Numbered from the whole stretch's first letter, positions 26,401 through 43,215 are shown. The stretch is 63,894 bases of DNA, filler included, from Dirinaria sp. TL-2023a (GCA_051941275.1; 3 parts of 3 records of this genome joined end to end with filler, not necessarily neighbours in it); one strand, 5' to 3'. Numbers and translations: made by a program. The notes: generated by a model not told the origin, from the sequence alone.

Positions 26401-28612
26401 GTAGGGAGACGGGTTGCGTCGCAGTTGCGGTACGCTTCACGATCGGACGTCTCGAAATCGGATATTTCTGTAACCCCAGTCTTAGGCGAGAGACTGTTCT
26501 CGCTGACCGACTCCGTAGTGAATGTGGGAGACTCCAACGAGCCGGGATTTCGATCAAGCAGGAGAGCATGCTCCACGAATTCAATGATCTTTACAGCTTC
26601 CTTCCCACGCCTATCCTCACAAAGGAGGCCAACTAGATGCTCGACTGCTTCAAAATAGCTTGGCCTGAGCGCTATCGACTGGCGCCAATGCTGCTCAGCT
26701 TCATCTCTTCGATTTAGGGAGAGCAGAGTAGCGGCCAGATTGGAGATAGCTTCCACATTGCTGAGGTCACGTTAGATGGCACAGAAAACAGGTATAGAAC
26801 GACATACCTTGGATCACAACGTAGAACGTTGGAATACCATTTCAAGGCCTTAGGATAATCACCCAAGCCATACGCTAAACAACCTCCTAGGAGCATCCCG
26901 TCGGTCCACTGCCAGCCACTCTCGTGGCAAAGCCTACTAAGTAGTTCCAATGCGGACAGAGCAGCCATTGTGGGGGGGCTTTCGGGATATGGGGGATTCA
27001 AGTCATAGCCATCCGAGGTAGTACGCCCCTGGGCGCTGACTGATTGGGCGGCATGTGGGAAAGGGTGCTGTTGCTTATACAGCTGCAAACTGCGCGAGGA
27101 CTGCAATCCCCAAGCTTTAGAAGATCCATGAGGAGGTCCATTGCTACCCCTCGAACCCATCAGACCGCTCGCGAAGCCGGGCCTATGGGCTTTCCGATCT
27201 TTGACGTTGTGGAAGGAGTAAGCCTGCTCATTGTCCAATTCGAGATGTGATGCAATGGCTGAATGAACGGAAGATTGACGTGGGGGTTTGGGATATATAC
27301 TTGAATGGAAATGGCGCTCTCCGTATGAATGACCGACAGATAGGTTACGCTTTGATTGATGTATAGAAGCCAGCAAGCTGATATAGATTCGATGAGCCCA
27401 GAGTAGCGTTTTTTCTTTGAACTGAACCAATTCTTTTTGATTGGTCGTGAACCCACTGGCGTCATCGGGTACGGCTGCATAATCGGGCCTTTGGACAATG
27501 CCTTTCAAACTACTGGGCCTAGGCGGAGCCTTTCTATATTGGTCTTGCGCTGGGTCTATACCGGATCCTCGCGACGCCAAGACCATGTCATTAGTCAAGG
27601 GACCGGTTGGGTGGAAAGGCATTCTTGTGTCGTTCGAAACCACATGCTGAGTGTTCGATGATCCAGGGGAGCGCCACCGCGGCTTTGATCCTCCGTTTGG
27701 CGACCTCTGCCAACAATTCGACGCTCCAGGCTGAAGAGAAGGGATTCCGCAGACACTGCTGCTTCGCCTATCAGAGGGATAACGCGGGTCTATGAACGAG
27801 GCTGGGCGATACGGCTCAAATGCACCATCGGGCCAGTAAGGCCCGTAGCGTCCAGTCCAGTCTGGTGAGGTAGACCTCAGACATGGCGGCCACATGGGTT
27901 GTAGAACTGTTGGCACATCATGACCGTCTCCAGGAATGAGCCCTGGATGGAAAATTTGCCCTTGGCTCAGGACTGAGTCAACACCCGCTGCTGCTCCATG
28001 TGGTTGGTATGGTATGGGCTCTTTGTCGAACACAGCTTCCGTGCCTCTGTCCTGAACCAGTAGCTGGAAAGGTGTGGACGAAGGTAAGTGGAAGGTTGTT
28101 TGATGGTGCTGTTGCCCTTTTTCATCAGGAAGATGGGCCGGGAGAGCTTGACCGAAGGGCCATTCTGAGGATTGTCCTGCAGGGAAGCCTCCTTCTGCGC
28201 ACTTTCTGGTACCTCCTACGCTATTTGCGGCTGGCATCTGAATATACTTCGCAGCCCGCAGCCGCGCCTCTGATTCTGTCCATCGGCCGTCGTATCCTGC
28301 GGCAAGGGTACCGTTGGGGGTCTTTCTCCGAAGCATGTGCTCGGCATCGACCGTGACGGGTGGAATAGCTCGTTCAGCCGACAATTGAGTTGATGGTGTT
28401 GGGAGTCGTTGCGAAGAATTAGCGGCATTCTGTTGCTGCTGTTGAATTCTCTGCCCAAAGCTGGCGTTCTGGGTATGATTCCTGTCTTTACGCTGGGTCG
28501 TTCTTCGGAAAGGCAGGACATGTAAGGTATCTGAAAATCCATCGTCGTTCTGTTGATGGACCGAGGTGGGAGAATTGTATGGGTGCTGAAAACGACGGAC
28601 GTCCGTAAACAT
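23467..28612 (-). CDS. OGT: UDP-GlcNAc:protein O-GlcNAc transferase (GT41, TPR-containing) with long low-complexity N-terminus; 3 exons
   Basis: Introns 26761-26807 and 24103-24152. TPR repeats (HLYTNLGSLFKDIGQLDAAIKMYERA; ALANLANAVKDRGRISDAIGYYKKA). GT41 motifs VGYVSSDFNNHPLAHLM, NLNGYTRGARNE, NFNQLYKI and DLFLDTPECNAHTTAADVLWSGTP. Start codon less certain. Confidence 0.93.
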
Positions 28613-29790
28613 GGTTGCACAAGCCCGTTGGCTGTACGAGCCCTACGTCGAGGACTGTGGTCCCACTGAATGATAGCAGCTTGGTATTACCAGAATGGAA
28701 AGGCGATGCAATAGGCATTAACGGGCGATGCGGCGACACCGTCCAAGTGACAAAATTGACTTGTTCCAACGCCCGTGCGAATTTTGGTCCGGCACTTTGC
28801 GCTGGTCATACTTCCGGTCTGCGTATAGTAAGTAGGTGATGATGAAGATTCCGTAGCTGTAAGGGCTGATTTAGTGGCACAAGTCAGGGTCTCGTAAGGT
28901 ACAGTAGGCAAGACGGAAAAAGCTCTCTGGGTGGAGATGGACGAATCCCAAGTTCCAGCGTCCGCCCCTCTCTGAAGGAAGGAGGGCCGTGTCGATCGTG
29001 AAAGGAAAGTATGGGGGGGAGTGGAACAGGATGGTCAGCAATGGAAGGTAAAGTGAGGTTTTGGGGCGTGGAGATTGATGAGAGGTAGCGGTTCCGGGCG
29101 GGTTGACAGGCAGTTTGACGGCTGCGCCTGTGAGGCTGCAGACTTTAATCCACGACCGCTCGGGCAAAAGATTAGCTAGCGGATTGACGTTTTGGCGATC
29201 ACTGGCCCATATGGATCTGCTGCCCACTCGTCCCAGTCCTCATCTACCAATAGCAATCGTGGAGAAGCAAGGCCCGCTAAGACGGGCAAAGCCACCAAAA
29301 AGAAAACCGAAAAGAAGAAAAATTTATAGCTTCGTCCAGGGATCGAATCCGCACACACAAGGGTTGAATACTATGCGATCGTGACAGCGACTGCTGATGA
29401 GCGAAGCATGAGCTCGACAGTTTTCCCCAAGTGACTCGGTTGGAATTATCTAGACTGTCTGGCTGTCAGACTTGGAGAAAAGCGGTGGCAGCTTTGAGGT
29501 CGCGCTTGGCGAGGTCAGGGCCCGGATCTGGCTAAGGTACCTTCAGGTACTGACTGGTACGAGCACCACCTTAAGGTACTTAGGTAGGTCAAGTACAGTA
29601 AGGTAATTTGCGTCTCTATTCTGTACTCGTACGTGTCTCGAGGAGAATGGGAGAAGCAATGGTAAGGTAGGGCGATGAAGGGTGTCGAATACAATACTAC
29701 TAGTCAGTTACAGATAGGCAAAGTTGCGTGATACGACTTGTGGCGGTCGTGGACGCCTGCTGGATGCCTTTGAAAATGAAGCAAAGCGAA

Positions 29791-29824
29791 AGCAGAGCAG
29801 AGCAGAGCAGAGCAGAGCAGAGCA
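29791..29824. repeat. (GCAGA)n pentanucleotide microsatellite upstream of OGT
   Basis: About 6 copies of GCAGA. Confidence 0.9.
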
Positions 29825-31251
29825 AAGGGCGAAAGGGCACAGCGACCCTCGAACGCAAGTGAACGGAATGGGTGTGCATGACGGGAGCCTTTCTGTGCAT
29901 ATCCTCTGACTTGATACTCGTACGGTACGAGTACTCACACATCACATCACGCACGCCCCGCTTCCACCTACCCTTTGCCTCCGGGGCCCCTCTGGGCTTC
30001 TGGGCCACCCTTTCTTCCCCCCTTCCTCCTCCCCCGGTCATTCTTTTCTCTCTTCTGGACTCGTTGTAAGCCGTTTATTGGTGACCGTTGTGAAAGAGTC
30101 ATACCCAGTTACCCACAGCCTCGCAATGCGAAACAGGCCGCCTGGGATGCTGCAGTCCAAGCCCGACGCCTCTTTCGCCCCTGTCCGACACTCCGACTCC
30201 CGTATGGGCCGTATCACTCCACATACCCAGACTGGCAACGTCCATTGGCACAGTGCATGCTGGCACCCCTGTCAAGTGCACGCTTGGGCATGAGCGCTTG
30301 GCTGAATCGGACCTTCTATCGCCCGCCCACCAACTACTAAGGTAACATAAGGTAAAGTAGCTCAGTAGGTAGTAGTCGAGGGCAGAGTGCTGCCCGCCGA
30401 GGAATAACAATGATAAGGCACTGATGTTGGCGGATTTACATTACCTACCTTGCCTTATTCATCTGATTTTATCGTCAGAAGTCACAATCAAGATCCTGCG
30501 AGAGGTGGAACGTTCGGTTGCATAGTAGCTACTACCCCCTTTGAATTCAAGGCCAATATGAACACCTACCTTAGGTAAAGCCGACTTGGTATGTGTACTT
30601 GGTACTTGATGTAATCGATCTCACGACAAGTCACGGAATTTTCGAATCACGTCAGCCCACGTGGTTTCCCTCCGTTTCGTCGATATCATGCAGTTTGTCA
30701 CATCGGCTTTTGAGCGTTTAGCCCAACGTCCAATGCTGTTTGAGATGAAATACTAGGGGGTGGTGAAGCGTACAAGTACCCGTGAAAAGGCCTCGTCACT
30801 ACTCGGCCAACGACAGAGCGGTGGCCCACACGTCAGCCGCAACGGCATCGTTCGCAACAATCTCCTCATGACCGAAGTAGAAGTGAATTATGTTTGTAGA
30901 CCTGGATCGATGGATCATCGCATCCACTCCTAAAAGCCAGGATGCCACGATGAGTAAAGGGTCCCTCAACGAGTACAATCTTCTTTGCACCAAAATAGGC
31001 CCGAACCATAGGTCTAACCAATCCTCGAGGGAAGGGTGGTAAGGGCCAGAGTGTTGGCAAAGACAGGTCGAATGTACTGGAGTGTACTGGAGTGCATCTC
31101 AAACCCAATGCAACATGAGGCTGCTTAGGCCTAAGGTAATGAGAGAGGGCAGACTTCTTAGAATACAGATTACCTAGTACGCTCGAATATTGCATTCCTG
31201 AGCAGACTCGCAACTGACTATAGAAGCCGGACATGACCGCCCGAGCCGACC

Positions 31252-31992
<741 letters not shown>

Positions 31993-32475
31993 AATGACCG
32001 TCTATGGCTGTAACTCCCGGAGGACGGTTCAAGGTTGTAAGCTGTAAAAGTGCGGAATTACAGAATTGCAAGCTTGTGCGGGTGCCAAGAGTTCGCCTTA
32101 CTAGCCGCGTTGCCGCCAACGGTTTCTCCGCCCGAGGCCCTTATCCGCTTTCGTGGTTGGATTTAGCGTTGTTCTACCGACCTACTTTACGTTGATTGTT
32201 TCAGTGAGATTCAGGTAAGCTACATAGGCTACTCAAAAGGCGCAGCACACGTCAGTCTAAACTTATCCGGTGTATACTCAAGCAGCCGAAGGGTGGTCCT
32301 GAAATGAGAATGCACTGAGGTGCATGCCCGGTTCGGCAAAACCCTTCTACTTACAGCCTTGCCAATGCAGTCGCAGATCTAGGAGTTTCGCAAAGGTAAT
32401 AGTACATGATAGAACAGCGGCTCCCTTTACCATCCCATCAACAAAGTTCAAGCCCTTTCTTGCTCTGCGACCCTC

Positions 32476-35105
<2,630 letters not shown>

Positions 35106-35870
35106 GTTCCGCGCACAGCATACAACAGGCGTAGAGCACCACCAGGCCGACGCTGTGGAAAAGGATTACACCGGTGGGAAGAGGTTAACGTGGTGGTGAG
35201 GACACTGTCAAGAAGGGAAAGGCAAAATTCGAAGCCGTGGCCCGTCAATGTATGCTGTAAGCTGGTGGCGAAGTGTGAAGACAATACATCACTGACTGAA
35301 GATTTCCCTGCTTCCCAAATGCCACATTTGTGAACGCGAGGTACGAATCTCAACTGTCTTGGCTCCAATTGGATCAGGCTTAGTCTCGATTTTGTACCGG
35401 ACATTCTATTTTGCCGTCCCGAAGGGGTAAAATAAGTACTTTTCCCTGTCTCTTTCTTGGTTTACTTTGCCTATATGATTAGACGCCAGTCACCAAACAT
35501 TACTTATGACGATTCTGACCTACTTCCGTGTTGAAGTCGTTTTCGCGCTGAGCGTATACTCGACACCTCCACTGGGCTCTGGCTTTGAAGAGCCGTACCG
35601 GCTCTCATGAGAAAACTAGGAATCAGTAGAGGTTAAATAAGGACATGATATCAAACAGTTCGTCAAGGCTTCGAAAGGCTACAATGGGCATCAGATGAAG
35701 TCCTTTGGCCATAGAAGGTCGTCTTGAACAGACGTCGGAGCTGTCATACCCAAACTAGGAGGGAAGTAGTGCGGACGCGGATTGACATTATTCTGAACAA
35801 CCGCCAAATACGAACAGAATACAGATTGGGTCGGGCTATTTAGAGTTTCTACAAATTTCTTAAAAAAATA

Positions 35871-38800
35871 CTACTCAATCACCAGCCATTCATCTGTGAA
35901 TTGACGAGCTTTATGGTAATCTCCACTTGTCGCCATCAGTGCTTGCAAAGCAAAAGCAGCTTCACTTGAGAAATCGTCCCCATGCTCATGAATACCGCCG
36001 GGTCGCCTCTCGCTCCGCAGGTTTAGGCAGCGTTCGTAGAACGGGATTGCCAAGTGCGTTAGACCGATCGAATGGTAGGCCAACGCTGTATTGTACTCCG
36101 CCTCCTGTTTCTCGCATATGTCGCTCGATTGCAGACGCAGATCACGATATGCGGAAAGAAATGCCGATCCTTGCGCCACTAGATGGTGTCTATTATCAGC
36201 CTGACGCTTTAAAGCGTGATGGATATATGACAAAGCTATCGAGAGATTAATCATAGGGTTATTCGGGTCTAACGCGTAAGCGCGGAAGAAATAGTCTACG
36301 CCGATCGTCAGCAGGAATCCCATGCACCTGACAAGGTGTCTCCTGTCTTTGGATTTGGCTCACTGAGCGCGAAAGTAAAACTTCTTCCAGCATAAAGGAT
36401 CTGGCCATAAAGCATGAGGAGCGCAATGTCCATCTCGGTGGCAAGTATAGGATTGCCCTCTCCATCCTTGTTGTAGCCGGCTCGCTCCTGATATAAAGCT
36501 TTGCGGTGTGAAATACCGATTAGGGAAAAGTCCACGGCTTTTATTTGTCGAAGCACGTGTTTCTGGGATGGACCACAGTTGAACCAGGTGTTTTCAGTAT
36601 CGCACAAGCGGTTTAGCGCCCCAAAAAGCCGATAGCCATCAGTCACAAACTGATACTCTCTCATGAACCACCTGCATACGTTGCATAAAGTTGCCTCATC
36701 ATTTTGCAGGAGTGCACATGCTGTAGTACTATATAAGTGTTGCGTATGCATCAGAGAGGCTGAAAACGTACCGAACCAGCAGATGTGAATCAGCAACATG
36801 GAATCCCATGCATGATAGAATACGTTCGCATCCCGTGCTGCAAGGATGACGTCGTAAGAGAATGCCGAATTCCCATCTTGTGACAAGTAGAAAGCGTATT
36901 CAAGGAAGATGGTCAGCCAAGTCTGGAAAGTTATGCCACGGTAATGTTCTGGCACACTCTCTGCTTCAATTTGAGAATAGATCAGTCATCAAAATACAAG
37001 GGACGACAAAACATAGCCAAGAACGTACCTGGCACAAGGATAGAATCTTCATTATTCGGTGATGTCTCTGAGGTTTTTTGGCCAGGCCTCATTGCAGCTG
37101 ATCTAGCTCGCGCTTTAGACGAGTACCCGAGAAACCTCATGTACTTGTCTGTTGGATAAAAAATACTATTAGATCTGAAATCTTGTATCAAGTGTTTGGC
37201 AGCGGCCATCCATTCAGCCCTGGCATGAGCATCGCCCAACCGTGCATCTTTGGTTGAGCGGTCCAAACGAAGGAAATGGCTGTACAGTATGCTTTCTCGC
37301 TCTTGTTCTCGCTGTTGCTGTTCTCGGAGACGCTTTCTTCTCTCCTGCACGGTCTCTTTCGAGGTTGACTTTGAACGCGAGGCCAACATGGTGGACGACC
37401 AAGGGCTGTGGTTGACCGCTGCATCAACCCCAAGGCTTGACCCCGTCTCCTCAGGTTGTGTGGTTTGTTGTCTGACAGCGACGGATAGCTGTTCAAGCAT
37501 TTTACGGGAACGTTCTGACGCACCGTGCTCTTTGCACATTGCTGTGATTTGCAAATGTACGCCTGCGTCATCGTCTCCACGATCTACAATGCTCTGGTAA
37601 CAATCTTCCGCCACATTCCGCAAACCGGCTTCTCTGTAGCAGAAGGCCATGTCGCTTAAATATGAAGAGTCGACATAATCTTCCACCTCTTGTAGAGGCT
37701 CGTAGTACCGCAACGCTTCATTGTATTGTCCCGCAGCGCGAAGAGCGTCCGCTGCCTCTCGAAAGAGATCTGCGTAGTCGAAGAGCTTCGCTCCAGGCGT
37801 ATACTCATCAGGCTCCAGCCACTCAAAGTGATTCTGGTTTTATATCCCAATTAGCGCTAAATATAAACAGTGGAAGAAGACTTGCCATTGCTTCCTTCAA
37901 GTGGTCCAATCGAAGTCGAAAAACCCCAAGCTTAACCCGCAATTCCAGAGGTAATCCAAACCCATATGTGTGGCCAGTAAAAGTTCCGGGAACAAATTCA
38001 GCCACTTCAACGCGACGCGGGTGGTCTTCAGCATCCCACTCCCTATCATCCTCATTGAATGTTGCCCATACGTCATCACCCTTTCTCCCAAGGAGCCACC
38101 GTGAAAGGCTTTTGAGCTTGATGATTCCTGATTCGTACTGTTCCTGGTAGCCGTAGAGCTCGGCATAGACATTCACATCCGACCATGAGAAGCTCAATAC
38201 CTTAATGGGCTCCTTCGTTTGATGGTACGCTATGCTTTCGTCGAAATGTTGCAATGCTTCTTGGACTTCATCCAATTCGATGTAAATCTCTGCCAACTGA
38301 CGTAATACTGCTGTATCGTGGGGAAGGTACCTCAATAACTGCTCATATTCAGTAGCAGCTCGTCCCAGAAAGCCAAGGTCACGATTCAAAGACGCCCTTT
38401 GATAACGTGCTTCGACATTATCCTGCTCTATATTGATGACACGACTCAAACAATAGATGGCGTCCGGTAGCGCAGATTGCTTGTCCTCCATATCACGATT
38501 CAGAATAAGTGCCGCCACTTTGAGCCATCCTTGAGCGTCTCCAGGCCGTGTGTGTGCACCATTGAAAAGCGCGGCAAGTGCTTTATCGTAGTCTCCGCGA
38601 GCGACGTGAATTTCGGAAAGCAGCGAGTGTGCTGCATACATTTCCGGGTTATATTTGACTGCTTTCAGGGCCAATCGCTCGGCTTCGTCGTATTCATGCG
38701 CAATGAAAGCCATGGTAGCCTGAGAATGAAGCGCCTTGAACTCTACATTCGGTTCTAGGGGCTTGCGTGGTCCACGTTTAACGCCTTTTGCGCCTCGACC

Positions 38801-39289
38801 TACACCGTGCTTCCGACCTCCTCGGCCTCTTCCTCTGGTGCTGCTTCCAGCTGGCAGATAGCGTGGTCTAGTGCCGCCGCTCAGCAGAGAGCGACTTATC
38901 GGTGAGGATCCTGAATCCGGCTCTGAAATAAACTCATCGCTACTATATTCAGTCAGACACTAGCCGTCGGTAAGGTCGTTTCCTAGGACGTACGCTACCG
39001 ATTCCTCGGAGAATTGGAAATCGGGATCCACCATAGGGTCGTCAGGGTCGTTTCTTGCTGGTGATAGTTGATTGGCCTCTTCTTCGTCAGATGAATGTGC
39101 GTTATGATAATCGAACGATGGGGTTAGCTGTCCGAGGCTGCGACTCGACAGCCACGGATAGGTTGGCAAGTCATCGGGGTCCGGATACAGGTTTGAATCT
39201 GGAGTATGTTGGTTCCTCACTTGAGCTGACCCTGGTTGAGGAATAATACCGGGCTGAGAGGTTTCAGGGTCGTTGCTGGAATTAGCCAT
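35871..39289 (-). CDS. TFC4: RNA polymerase III transcription factor TFIIIC TPR subunit (Tfc4/Sfc4/tau131); multi-exon
   Basis: Acidic and RG-rich N-terminus, TPR array (AHSLLSEIH, GAHTRP), DDREWD..DHPRR, GLPLELRVKLG, FNCGPSQKHVLRQIK and the C-terminal NLSIALSYIHHALKRQADNRH...QEAEYN...GLTHLA. Spliced from ORFs 38960..39289, 37823..38713, 36982..37713, 36308..36955 and 35871..36323. Confidence 0.88.
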
Positions 39290-40554
39290 GATGCTGATGC
39301 TGGAGCTGGAATGGAAACGATGTGCTCAGCAGTCTACCATAGCAATGTATGATGTAAGAAGAGACTGGCGTAAAGGCGCTTTTGAATAGAAGGAGATGGC
39401 TATTTTAGGCGGGGATATTTGGGTATCTTCTTGAATGTTGGAGTTGATTAGGATAATGCGACGAAGTCTATTGCACACCAGAAACCACTGGCATTTTACA
39501 CCTCCTCTCACTTTCATCCAATGTCTCCAAAAACGTCATAAATCGAAATCACTCTGGAAGTTATTGAATTAATCAACGAAGTGCCATCCTCAGGTCCTAC
39601 ATTCTATCTTTTACTGCTCATGGATCGCGGTGCCAATCTCCCATGTGAATAAATGTGTGATGCAGCAGGCACAGTACCGCGAATCACAAGAAGCACGATG
39701 AATGGCTACTGTACATACCTGAGGGCGTGTTTATATCAAATTTTTACACGGGTGATCAGGGATGCACTCATGGCACTTCAAATAGGTACCTTAAGATTTT
39801 ACATGAATGATGTCGCCAAACTAAGAATGTTCCATACTTAATATATTACTTTACCTTACATACCTACCTTACCTTACCCTTGTTCCATTACCTCAGGTAC
39901 GTACCTTACTTTACCTTCCATTAGGCCATCCCCGCTAGACCTGCCCGACCCGCCAGAAACCTCCCTCCGCCTCCATCAGGCGTCACTCTCCATCTTCGTG
40001 TCAGAACCCTCTTTCCCACTCCTCGCTCAGCTGGCTGGAATTTCTTCTCTCCCTCCTGCACCATCCCTCACACACGTGCCTCTTTACTCGACAATTTTAA
40101 CTCCATCCGACTCATCTCCTCGCCTGATTCTTAGCCACCTCCATCAGTCGATCTGTTTTCTCAGCACCCGGCCGCTGCTGCCATAAGTAGATCCTGGTGG
40201 GCTGTCTGAGGGAGCTCATCTCACCGGAGAACGCCTTTGAATCTACCTTACACGCAACTCTAGGCTAGCAAACTGTGGAACGGCCACAGGCCGCACCATC
40301 GCCACTGGATTGGCACCGAGCGACTTGCCAGCAGAACATCTAATTTATTGGTTTTAGTCTTCGTCAGCCGATATCTCGGTCGTACGATCCTCAAGTGCAA
40401 GACTAGCAAGCCCCTTTGAAGCTCCTTTGAGGTCAGCAGGCACTGCAGGAGTCCGCCAACATCAACTTTCTCTTCAACCATTACCGTCAACCTTACTCAA
40501 CTCTCCTCTTCGAGACCTTCAAATTCCCTCCGAAAGCCCAAAGCACGAGAAACA

Positions 40555-42526
40555 ATGTCTGGAAACCACGTTATTGGGAACCGGAATAGTACGCCTGAGG
40601 CGCCGAACTCTTCGCTCCGACCGCCTTCGTCTCGAAATATTGGAGGCGGCCACCACCTGCGCGCTTCTGCGGACATGGCAGCCTTTTCTTCTTCTCCTCT
40701 GTCCGCACGAAGTACAAGACCATCCTCTGAGGTCTATTACAACCCATCTCAACAATTCCACGGCCAGAACAACGCCGATGATGTCATGGATAAGGCTGCC
40801 CAGCAATGGATTGCGGATATCGATCAGTACGAGACAACTTTAGAAGAGATGGCAGCTGCTACGTTGGATCAGGACTTCAAGGATGAGCTGAGTGCCATCG
40901 AGCAATGGTTCAAAGTCTTGAGCGAGGCTGAGCGCACCGCTGCCTTGTATGCACTCCTTCAACAAACAACTCAAGTCCAGATCCGGTTTTTCATTCAGGT
41001 TCTTCAGCAAATGGCAAAGAGCCATCCAATGTCCGGTGTGCTGTCTCCGGCAAACTTCGGTGAAAAAGGTAAATCTCGATCCTGCTCTGCAACACCTGAC
41101 AACCACATACTAAGTTTGCCTGTAGATGCAATGTCCAATCGATTGAACGACGCCATGGGTAAGCTGAATGTTGACGGCTCTCGTAACTCAATTGGTCGTC
41201 CTCCTCCATCCCCTGGAAATAAACGCAACTCTGGCATGGACCCCCAAATTATCAATGCCATGTTTCCAGACGCAGCTGCTGCGATCGCAAAGAAAAAGGC
41301 AGAGTATACACAGCAAACTGGCAACGCGCCTAGTTCAAATCGCAACAGCGCCGCCATAGGCGACCGTACATCGCTGGTAACACCAACTATTTCCGCACCT
41401 GCTGAACCCAGCAACACCAAGGAGCCCATTAGCCAGCCATCCTCCACATCTTGGGGCCAGAGGCAGTTGGAAAACAGACCTAAGTCTTCATCCGGCCAAC
41501 AGCCTATGGGACAGTTCAGTCAGGCAGCTCCATCCGCCGGTCTACGATCGCCTCGCCCGCTACAGCTGTCTGGTAACACGACTCTTCAAAGCACAAGTGT
41601 CAGCGCAGCTGACAACGCCAACAACAATAACAAGTATAATGACCTCCCTGCGCTATCACCTTACAATATGGGTAACGCTAGTTGGGCGTCCATGTCTAAT
41701 ACTCCAATGGTACCGAACTTCAACACTCAGCAAGCGGCAACACAAGCCGATATGGTAGCCAACGCCACGGCGATGAAGCTTGCTGCTCTTTCAACGGTCA
41801 ATAATCGTATTGCGTTAGACGACGTTCGAAAGTATCGCCGGACAAGATCCAACGATGGGGATCAGCCAATGTCTCCTAGCCTTGGTACTAATGTACTGGT
41901 CGTCAATGAAAACGGTCAAGTGTTGGGGAACCAGCCCGTGAGCGCGCAGCAGCTTGCTGCTCTACAGGCTCAACAACAAGCGCAGGCATTTTCACAGCGA
42001 TCGAGGCCCAACTCCCCTGGTCTTGCTATGCAAGGCGGTAGTTACCCAGGGGTGGGCTTTGCCGCCCCTCAATCCAACGGATATCTCGCCGCTTACGACA
42101 ATGGCGGGGTCATCAATCCCGGAATTGGTTCTTTGAATCTTGGGCAATTCAATATGGGACATAGCGGCCATGAAGGGTACATATCCGATCACTCGGAGAT
42201 GGCTCGGGGTCGATCACCTAGAGGTCGACGTGGAACCTCAAAACCTCCAGAGGATCCTACGGATCCAGCCCTGTTGCAGGACATCCCTAGCTGGTTGAGA
42301 AGTCTCAGGCTACATAAATATACGGATAATCTGAAGAACATGAAATGGACGGACCTGGTCGAATTGGATGACAAAGGGTTGGAAGATCGCGGTGTGAATG
42401 CCCTTGGCGCGAGAAGAAAGATGCTCAAGGTAGGTCGCAAAGAATCTCTTGATGATTGCGGTATCTAATTTTATATAGGTATTCGAGCAAGTCAAGGACG
42501 CCAAAGCCGACGGGAAGCTCCCATAG
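40555..42526 (+). CDS. VTS1: SAM-domain RNA-binding protein Vts1 (Smaug homolog); 3 exons
   Basis: [41 protein letters not shown] and SAM domain [18 protein letters not shown]...[10 protein letters not shown]. Introns 41069-41125 and 42430-42478; last exon [15 protein letters not shown]. Confidence 0.95.
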
Positions 42527-43115
42527 CCCTGTACACGATCCGGCGTTCATCCAAAAATATCTCCAATACTTATTTTCCGAACCCGATGTGCGGATGGTCT
42601 TCTCTCAGCCATGACTGTGGTATAGACGAAGGGGCACGATCCGCTCCCTTCGCAGTATGCAAGAAGCTTAGCACTTCACATTCATTGTGGTGGTTGTTAT
42701 GGTGTACACATGGGAACGGGCTTTTTTCTAAAATCCAGTGAAACATCTTTTACTATTGTACTTGCAAGCGGTATCCGGATCTGTGGCTATTTTACTTAGG
42801 GAGCAAGAAACATTCGATATCTAGGACTACCTAACATCAACTATGTTGAATACATTTGCCACATTTCCTCGAAGCAATGAGATAGCAGTGAAGACTTTTG
42901 AAAAGCGTTCTTTCTCTGTTTGATGTAATCGTATACGAGGTGGTACTGACGGAAATCAAATCACATCAAACACGCATATCAGAATCATTCTTTTCCCCAA
43001 AAACTTTACGAACATCATCTCGCGTACATTCGGTTAGTATATATCCTCTCTACTCTTGATGAAATAAGGGGCACGAGTAATCATGGATTCCCTATCCCAA
43101 GCCAAGTAGGTGAGC

Positions 43116-43215
43116 NNNNNNNNNNNNNNNNNNNNNNNNNNNNNNNNNNNNNNNNNNNNTTAATTAATTAANNNNNNNNNNNNNNNNNNNNNNNNNNNNN
43201 NNNNNNNNNNNNNNN
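43116..43215. other. Assembly gap / artificial contig spacer
   Basis: 44 N + TTAATTAATTAA + 44 N, identical in format to the first gap. Confidence 0.97.
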
